DNA of 32,000 nucleotides, from positions 768,576-800,575 of the forward strand of contig NZ_CP061286.1 of NCBI RefSeq assembly GCF_018687095.1, given 5' to 3'. This DNA comes from Polynucleobacter sp. MWH-UH25E (lineage in GTDB: Bacteria; Pseudomonadota; Gammaproteobacteria; Burkholderiales; Burkholderiaceae). The position numbers and the translations under genes are program-made. Below, one piece after another: positions 8,990 through 15,182 of the stretch (positions within the stretch are counted from its first letter, which is position 1; the number at the start of each line of letters is the position of its first letter). The notes under the pieces are model-generated. The model was not told where the DNA came from. It ran no database searches and saw only the letters and a program-made list of their open reading frames with translations.

Positions 8990-9066
8990 CTGATCATCGT
9001 AAGTCGAAATTTTTATGTGACATAATCAAAGTTAAATTCAAGCAATTAACTTGATAAGAAATTAAT

Positions 9067-9849
9067 ATGGAAAGAAATTACCTGGCAAAAATGCCACTTG
9101 TATTTCCGAAAGGCTTTAAATCAGCTCAAATAAGACTGCTCAAGCGCAGCCCTTATTACTGGTGGTGGCAATATCTTCGAAGAAATGAGGCCTACATAAA
9201 GTTTTGCGAAAAAGGCGGTAGAGGTAAGCTTAGAAAGCTTTACGAAGACTTTGGGGATGTTCGTGATCCAGATTTTGGGAGATGGTGGCTAACTTCAATG
9301 GATCGGCATAAGGATGGAGTTAAAAGAGGCGCCTATCTATTTAGAGAGACAACAACAGACTTTGATGTGATTAAGCTAAAAAATAAAAGTGATTGGTTAC
9401 CAAATTGGAATGAAGATGTAATGATCGTTGCAATCAATATGAAGCAAACCAAGCGTGAAATAAAAAAACTTTTTAGTTGGCTATTGGAGGATGAGCATCC
9501 AGGTAAGCCAGGAAAACAACCCATGCGGGAAGCTGCTGCTAGCTCTACAGCAAGGTATAAGTTGCATAGAAACTTTAGCGTTGATAACTTGGAAAAAACT
9601 TTAGCTATTTACGATCTTTGCAAAGAGAACGAAAAGCTGCCTACAAAAGAGCAAAGGAGCTATTGGGAAATTGGAGAAAGCATTCGCTTAGTACCTTCAG
9701 CCATGCCACCAACAGACAAGAAGTATTTTTTGATGGATGAACCAAAAAAAAGACACAACACTATGACTATGGCTGTAAGTAGGTATTACAAGGCAGCAAA
9801 AATCATGATCGACAATACTGCATTGGGTGTTTTCCCCAAAAGCACATAA
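9067..9849 (+). CDS. Hypothetical protein with an N-terminal WWWQYLRRNEAY motif, reminiscent of the DUF6499/DUF2285 (RovC-like) regulator domains of mobile elements
   Basis: 260-aa ORF. The motif resembles the W-E-F-L-R-R-N-P-x-Y signature. Its stop codon directly abuts the stop of the convergent recombinase gene. Confidence 0.5.
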   Translation: MERNYLAKMPLVFPKGFKSAQIRLLKRSPYYWWWQYLRRNEAYIKFCEKGGRGKLRKLYEDFGDVRDPDFGRWWLTSMDRHKDGVKRGAYLFRETTTDFDVIKLKNKSDWLPNWNEDVMIVAINMKQTKREIKKLFSWLLEDEHPGKPGKQPMREAAASSTARYKLHRNFSVDNLEKTLAIYDLCKENEKLPTKEQRSYWEIGESIRLVPSAMPPTDKKYFLMDEPKKRHNTMTMAVSRYYKAAKIMIDNTALGVFPKST

Positions 9850-10416
9850 TTAGACTAGTTCAACAGCCGCTTTCATCTGGTCTGGGCTAGAGTACAAATA
9901 TCCAGCAGTGGTGCTGATGTTGCGATGGCCAGCCAATGACTTAAGAATATGTATGGCTGTACCTTTATTCGCCAATGAGGTTAAAAATGATCTTCTTCCC
10001 GAATGGGAGCTACATCCCTCAAGTCCAGCACGTCTGTAAAGAAAGTGAAAGTACTGCGTAAGCGTATTGGCTGAGAACCCGGCTCGTTTTTGGGTATAGA
10101 ACAAAGGCTTGCTGGTGTCGGTAATGCGTATCCACTTAATGTATTGAGCAATCTCCTTTTGCATACGAGCATTGATATACACAGTTCTGGCGTATTTACC
10201 TTTAGTTTGTTCTGGCTTTAGACGGATTTCATCTTTAATCGTTCCACTGTCGTTTAAAACGTCGCAAATGCGTAGAGCGGCAACTTCTCCCACTCTCATT
10301 CCCGAGTAGTGCGTTAAAAGTAAGGCGCAGCGATTGCGGGCTGAATGCTTGCGTGTAGCGATGTGATCTAGGACCCTGCGTAATTCTGCTGCGTTAAGTG
10401 TTTTTGCTTGTGACAT
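9850..10416 (-). CDS. Tyrosine recombinase, catalytic domain only (188 aa, FimB/FimE-sized)
   Basis: Catalytic residues are recognisable: R in GMRVGE, K in TKGKYARTV, HSGRRS (H-x-x-R), GHRNISTT and the Tyr in AGYLY. There is no N-terminal core-binding/SAM-like domain. RBS is GGGAG. Confidence 0.8.
   Translation of the reverse strand: MSQAKTLNAAELRRVLDHIATRKHSARNRCALLLTHYSGMRVGEVAALRICDVLNDSGTIKDEIRLKPEQTKGKYARTVYINARMQKEIAQYIKWIRITDTSKPLFYTQKRAGFSANTLTQYFHFLYRRAGLEGCSSHSGRRSFLTSLANKGTAIHILKSLAGHRNISTTAGYLYSSPDQMKAAVELV
10249..10263. repeat. Palindromic core copy (14/15) inside the recombinase CDS
   Basis: GTCGTTTAAAACGTC read on the minus strand gives codons 52-56, D-V-L-N-D. This is the same reading frame as the ATPase copy. 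Confidence 0.8.
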
Positions 10417-10529
10417 AAGTAGCTCCCAAAATGTAATAAATAAGCAACTACAGTATGTTTTCTTAGGTTTGGTTTGAGCAACCGAAATCTTCCTACAAAG
10501 ATCTTTCCATTAATCAATGACTTAGCTCT

Positions 10530-10614
10530 AAATGTAATAGTTTCGTACTTCTATTACATTTCGTGGCTTAAATGCCACGGCTAAATCCTTCGTATAAGCA
10601 CACATATTTACCCC
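10530..10614 (+). repeat. Diverged copy of the junction-element left box, with two adjacent hairpins, upstream of the recombinase gene
   Basis: GTAATAGTTTCGTACT (compare GTAATAGATCGTACT) is embedded in an 11-bp inverted repeat AAATGTAATAG/CTATTACATTT at 10530..10561. A CGTGGC-N6-GCCACG hairpin follows at 10562..10579. ATATTTACCCC at 10604..10614 is identical to 2619..2629. Confidence 0.55.
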
Positions 10615-10756
10615 TCAGCTACCCATGTATGCGAGCGAACTAGATCACAGCTTAAACGAATCATTTGATGTCCAAATGGGTCCTGTGCCCATTAAAAATA
10701 GAGCTGCGAAAAATTTATATGAAGTACTTACAGATTCAGGGTGGTGATTTTGCATC

Positions 10757-10774
10757 TATACCCTAGTGGGTATA
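10757..10774. promoter_or_regulatory. Inverted repeat TATACCC-N4-GGGTATA (candidate operator) upstream of ORF 10801
   Basis: 7-bp perfect arms, 27 bp upstream of the ATG. Confidence 0.3.
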
Positions 10775-10800
10775 CTTGAAAAAATTATTAATGCACTTGT

Positions 10801-11238
10801 ATGAAAAATATCAATCAGCTCATAGCTAAGTTAGAAAAAAACTTACACTATAACTTCAGAACGTTTCTAAGTATTGAAGGTGCACTTCCTGGACTGCGTA
10901 AAGCCTTAGAAATCAATGATGGGAACCATGCCGAGAGCAATAATCCGTTTATTAAAAAGTTCTTAGCAACAATGGTCTTTAATTTTGATCATCTAAATGA
11001 TATTCAAGTTGTTCAGAATCAGAATGACGCTATTGAATTTCGATTGATATTTCAATTAAAAGATTCAGTTTTATTTTTTAATGTGACTGTAGATGCAGAT
11101 CATTGCGAGGCATATATTACATATTCAGAAGATGCCAATAGTGGAAATTCTATTCATTTGGAAGATTTATCAGAGCAAGATCTAATCCTCTTTGAGGAAT
11201 ACATTGATTCATTTAATGTCATGCTAGGACTTAGGTAG
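10801..11238 (+). CDS. Hypothetical acidic 145-aa protein, very AT-rich
   Basis: Open frame followed by a GGGCGAA-N5-TTCGCCC hairpin at 11250..11268. There is no clear RBS and I do not recognise the family. Confidence 0.45.
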   Translation: MKNINQLIAKLEKNLHYNFRTFLSIEGALPGLRKALEINDGNHAESNNPFIKKFLATMVFNFDHLNDIQVVQNQNDAIEFRLIFQLKDSVLFFNVTVDADHCEAYITYSEDANSGNSIHLEDLSEQDLILFEEYIDSFNVMLGLR

Positions 11239-11913
11239 TCTTACTTTGTGGGCGAACTGCTTTCGCCCTGTGTTTCGCTCTCGCTCACACTTTTCTTTCT
11301 TTTTGTTTTTTTACTTTTGTTAGATTCAACCTACACTGAGCCTTAAGCAACAGGCTCAGTTATAGAAAAGTTCTTTTGTTGAGTTCTTTACTACACCACT
11401 TATGGCACAACCAAATTGGTTAGGGCGGTTTCGCGATCTCCTTTTACGTGCGGTTGAAATGAAACGCAACATTTACAACAGCAGTAAGTGGCTACCGTTG
11501 TAATGTTTGCAAGTTGCTGTGTAAGGCAGGGCTTGCTCGTGACGCATAGTGTTAACTATCGTCTTGTGCTGATATGCATTCTTGTATCAATTAGCTAGCA
11601 AAACTAACGGCATCCATAGGAATGGGTAGTGATATCAAGTCTCTGCTACTGCCCAGAATTTCCATCCCCGCGATCACCAATGTCCAGGTTTAGGGCGACA
11701 TAACAACTGAGTGTCGCAACTCTTTTATCAGTAGTAACTTAGTACAGGACGGTTATTTGCCTGTTACTAAAGTTATTTAGCAAAACCTAATAAAAGAAGA
11801 ACAAATCTGGCTTAAATCCTTTGGTTCTGGCAGATATTGGCTAAAAGAGGTTGTCCAACCAAAACTTGTGACCATAAATTAAGTGTGCCCATTAACTACA
11901 AAGGAGAAATGCA

Positions 11914-12351
11914 ATGAGCACATTAAACAGTTTGAAAATGGTTAATTCCAAAAAGCCAACTTCCATCCCGCCAATCTTGCAACGTAGAAATAAACTTTCT
12001 ACAAAAGTTTGGGAGCAGATTCAGCTAGCGAAAGCAAATAAAGAAGGTGGCACATTTACTGTGAAAAAGTTCAAAACAGTAAAGGACGTAGATGGCGCTC
12101 GAAAAACTATTGAGCATCAAAAACGTGTACGCCAGTGGTGGTTTGTAGCTAGCGACGGCAAGGTTTGCTTAAACGTTCGCTATGGGAGCCGCGTGATTGA
12201 GTTTGCGAAGGGGAAAACAGCCGTAGAGGTTAACTCCGCAGATGAGCTCATCAAAGCCTTGGAGATCATTAAAGGTGCAGTAGAAGCAGGAGAGCTTGAT
12301 AGTCAGATTGAGCAAGCCAGCGGCGCTGTACGTGCAGGGTTCGGCAAGTGA
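11914..12351 (+). CDS. Small island protein, possibly DUF6641-like
   Basis: Strong AAGGAG RBS. The pattern LNSLK...PPILQRRNKL..K.WEQIQLAKA...WWF...GKVCLNVRYG..VIEFAKGKTAVEV resembles a family I recall from proteobacterial genomic islands. Confidence 0.6.
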   Translation: MSTLNSLKMVNSKKPTSIPPILQRRNKLSTKVWEQIQLAKANKEGGTFTVKKFKTVKDVDGARKTIEHQKRVRQWWFVASDGKVCLNVRYGSRVIEFAKGKTAVEVNSADELIKALEIIKGAVEAGELDSQIEQASGAVRAGFGK

Positions 12352-12357
12352 ACAACC

Positions 12358-12395
12358 AAGTGCTAATACTCATCATAGTGTTAGCACTTTTCTTA
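12358..12395 (+). terminator. Hairpin AAGTGCTAA-N14-TTAGCACTT followed by a T-rich tract
   Basis: 9-bp perfect stem starting 7 nt after the TGA at 12349..12351. Confidence 0.45.
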
Positions 12396-12407
12396 TGGAT
12401 TGATTAA

Positions 12408-12551
12408 ATGAAAACATTTGAAGCCTACGTACGAGCTAATGGCTACGTTGTCAAAACTAGGATCATGGCAAGTAGTTCGCAAGATGCATATTTTTTACTG
12501 ATTGGGCAATATGGCGTGGATAACGTCGTGCATTTGCCTATGGAGGTCTAG
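12408..12551 (+). CDS. Possible 47-aa ORF (below the ORF-track cutoff)
   Basis: ATG...TAG frame read by hand. No convincing RBS. Confidence 0.25.
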   Translation: MKTFEAYVRANGYVVKTRIMASSSQDAYFLLIGQYGVDNVVHLPMEV

Positions 12552-12606
12552 CTGATTTACGCATTCTTTGACTCTCTCCCGCTAAATATAAGAAAAGGAG
12601 AGGGTC

Positions 12607-12981
12607 ATGAAAATGTATGAGATTGCCAATGCAGAAGATCAGCTAGGTTTGCTGCGAATCATTATGAACAATACCTGGAGCGCAATTAGCCAGCAAGCCA
12701 GTAACCAGGCAAAACAAAAGGCGGCTGAAGCAAGTAAACCTAAAGCTAAAGCAACTAAGCCTCCAAGGCCAAGAGCAGTAAAGTTACTTCAAAGGGCTAT
12801 CCCTGCTCCTGTAGCAAAACCAATGCAACCAGTACAGCAAAAAATCACTAAGCCAGTAGCTCAGTCCAAAACGATTGCACCATCACAGCCAAAGACTCAG
12901 CCCACGATTACTACTAGATCACCAGAAGAGTTAAAAATGTTTCAGGCTTATCTGAGAGGTGAGACGCCCAAACCGCTCTAA
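12607..12981 (+). CDS. Hypothetical protein with a Pro/Lys/Gln/Ala-rich low-complexity centre
   Basis: Strong AAAGGAGAGGG RBS. 124 aa. Confidence 0.55.
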   Translation: MKMYEIANAEDQLGLLRIIMNNTWSAISQQASNQAKQKAAEASKPKAKATKPPRPRAVKLLQRAIPAPVAKPMQPVQQKITKPVAQSKTIAPSQPKTQPTITTRSPEELKMFQAYLRGETPKPL

Positions 12982-13061
12982 TAAGTCAAAATCGCGGTTT
13001 GATCAGGTGAATATAGCTTTTATTGATTGACAGATTGTTTGGCTGACAGGCAATGCCTAGA

Positions 13062-13394
13062 TCAATACCTTATTTTGATTCTTGGCATCCATTTAATAGC
13101 TAATCGTTTTGAATGTCTATGCACTTTGTGTTGCTTACGTAAACCAGAGCCAACATTTAAAACCCTAGTTAATTTAATTAATATGGAGCAACCTTCATTT
13201 CTCGCGATTACTTTATAGACAATCCGTGAATGACTATGTGGGCTATGAGTTTTATATTCAGCCACATATTCCAAGTAAGAAACCCTCAGAATATTTTCAT
13301 TGCTTTGAGTAGCGCCTTGTAGACTCTGTTGAAATTTCTCCTGTGCTGATAACTTAGAGTCAACAGAGGTTGGCTTCAATTTCTTAGCTCTCAT
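13062..13394 (-). CDS. Hypothetical 110-aa basic protein downstream of the integrase
   Basis: It has a GAAGG RBS and is on the same strand as the integrase. The palindromic core lies between the two genes. I do not recognise the family. Confidence 0.35.
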   Translation of the reverse strand: MRAKKLKPTSVDSKLSAQEKFQQSLQGATQSNENILRVSYLEYVAEYKTHSPHSHSRIVYKVIARNEGCSILIKLTRVLNVGSGLRKQHKVHRHSKRLAIKWMPRIKIRY

Positions 13395-13412
13395 TGGCTA
13401 CCTTCGTTATTG

Positions 13413-13427
13413 GTCGTTTTAAACGAC
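13413..13427. repeat. Palindromic core copy GTCGTTTTAAACGAC, 6 nt past the integrase stop codon
   Basis: Perfect 15-mer followed by ACACATAC. Confidence 0.9.
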
Positions 13428-13433
13428 ACATAC

Positions 13434-14726
13434 TTAACCCGCCAACTTTTCAGCCGCCAATGTAGCTGTGAGCTTGCTGTAAAAGCGTTCCAGCATTTGT
13501 ACGGAAGTGCCCATTTGCTTAGCTAGCGTATGGATGTCCATGCCCCACTCAACTAAGCTAAATGTGGCGTAGGTGTGCCTGAAGCTATACATCGTGCGCT
13601 TATGCCCTGTAGTAGATAGCAACAATCCTGAATCTTTCATTAGCCACTTAAAGCTGCTCACAAAGTCATAAGGGCGCTCACCATTAGGATGTCGCCATAA
13701 AAACTCTTCACGCTTTTCTTCAAGCAATTGATCAAGAGTTAAGTGATCCCATTCTGTAAAGCGAGTTTTAAGCCGCTCTATTACTGGAACAGCTTCATGT
13801 CTTGCAATTAGCCAGCGAGCACCTGTTTTGCCATTCACCCATATGCGTAAGTACCTTACGCTCTTATCTGTATGCCACTCTAAATGGCGCCACTGAATAT
13901 TGAATGCTTCTGTGCCGTGACGCATTCCTGTAGCCATCAATATTTCGATGTAATCCCGAAGCAATAGTCTGCCAAGATGCGCTTCTTGGGTTTTGCCACC
14001 TTGACTCCAGGTTTTTAAGAACTCCAGCAAGTAGTCAATTTCTTGTCTGGTAAAGGCTGGCCTTGGGGTGCTTTTCTCACCCTTAGTGCCTAGTCTTGGT
14101 ACTGGGTGTTTATCGCTTAACCAGCCGCGCTTGATGGCCGAATCAAATACCCTGTTGTATGCAGAGAAGTGCGTCATCATCGTTGATCGCATGAGCTTGC
14201 GCTTCATCTTCTCTGCTCGCCACTGCTCATACTCGGCAATATCTTGGTGATTAATGCTGGTTAGGTGCTTCTTGCCAAAGAATGGGATGAGGTAGTTATC
14301 AATTACTGCGATGTAATCCACGTAGATCTTTTTACCTACGCCATTATCTAAATCTCCTTGTAGCTCGATTTTGGTTGATTCTGCTGCTGAATCAAAACGC
14401 TTATTAAGGGGTGGCAATCCCAGCTCTTCCATAAAGCGAGCTCTATCGTAAATATCGCCAGCTTTCTTTTTGGCGTATTCCAGATCTTCGTAGCCTGTGC
14501 TAACCCTATGCCACTTCTTGTCATAGAGCCTAAAGCGCATTTGCCACTGATTACTGCGCTCCCGCTTATAGAGGGTGATGTTGCCATCCCTCATATGGAC
14601 TAGCTTGCCAGTAGCTAAGTTTTCTAGATATTTAAGCTGAGGTGATTTTTCAGAGGTAGAGGTGCTTTGAAAGAAAAGGGCAAGCACTTCTGTTTCTTTG
14701 GGCATGTTTCTCTGGCTGAAAAACAT
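13434..14726 (-). CDS. int: Tyrosine integrase (phage-integrase family, 430 aa)
   Basis: The C-terminal catalytic domain has R in ATGMRHGTEA, H-x-x-R in YSFRHTYA and the Tyr in LERFYSKL. A long N-terminal arm/core-binding region is present. Confidence 0.85.
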   Translation of the reverse strand: MFFSQRNMPKETEVLALFFQSTSTSEKSPQLKYLENLATGKLVHMRDGNITLYKRERSNQWQMRFRLYDKKWHRVSTGYEDLEYAKKKAGDIYDRARFMEELGLPPLNKRFDSAAESTKIELQGDLDNGVGKKIYVDYIAVIDNYLIPFFGKKHLTSINHQDIAEYEQWRAEKMKRKLMRSTMMTHFSAYNRVFDSAIKRGWLSDKHPVPRLGTKGEKSTPRPAFTRQEIDYLLEFLKTWSQGGKTQEAHLGRLLLRDYIEILMATGMRHGTEAFNIQWRHLEWHTDKSVRYLRIWVNGKTGARWLIARHEAVPVIERLKTRFTEWDHLTLDQLLEEKREEFLWRHPNGERPYDFVSSFKWLMKDSGLLLSTTGHKRTMYSFRHTYATFSLVEWGMDIHTLAKQMGTSVQMLERFYSKLTATLAAEKLAG

Positions 14727-14737
14727 AGCTTAATTTC

Positions 14738-14780
14738 GGTGTGTAGGGTTGGGCAACCTAAAAATGTCGTTTCAAAAGAC
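14738..14780 (+). repeat. Degenerate junction-element right part, with degenerate core GTCGTTTCAAAAGAC at 14766..14780
   Basis: GGTGTGTAGGGTTG resembles GGGTGTAGGGCTG of copy A. Like the 13413 copy, the core is followed by ACACATA. It starts 12 bp upstream of the integrase start codon, and the core itself begins 39 nt from that codon. Confidence 0.6.
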
Positions 14781-14879
14781 ACATATAGCAGTCAATGGAC
14801 GATTGCCCAATCAGGTCTAGACAGTTATCAATCCCATAACTAAACTAAAAGAATTTAGTGGATTGCCAATAGGGTCTAT

Positions 14880-15179
14880 ATGAAGAGAATTGCTGTGATT
14901 TTATTCTTTACGCCAGTAGTTGGTTTTGCTCAGGCAGTCTATGGTCCACAAGGTCAGTATCAAGGTTATACCCAAACATCCCCAAGTGGCGTAACCAATT
15001 TATATAACGCTCAAGGTCAAAATGTGCAGTCATTCCAAACGGATAATGGCCAAACTAGTTTTTATTCGCCTCAAGGCCAGTATCAAGGTACAACTACTGC
15101 GCCTATAACTATGCAACCAAACACAACTATTAATGCGCCAAGACAAGCTCCGCAAGCGCCCGTAGTTAAGGGGTGGTAA
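14880..15179 (+). CDS. Small secreted Gln/Gly/Thr-rich repeat protein
   Basis: Signal peptide MKRIAVILFFTPVVGFAQA. The motif PQGQYQG occurs twice and AQGQN once. Confidence 0.55.
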   Translation: MKRIAVILFFTPVVGFAQAVYGPQGQYQGYTQTSPSGVTNLYNAQGQNVQSFQTDNGQTSFYSPQGQYQGTTTAPITMQPNTTINAPRQAPQAPVVKGW

Positions 15180-15182
15180 TTT

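Noticed and set aside
13027-13218. A 63-aa plus-strand ORF opposite 13062..13394
   Set aside because: The product is Cys/Leu-rich, there is no RBS, and it overlaps the somewhat better supported minus-strand ORF. Neither is strong.
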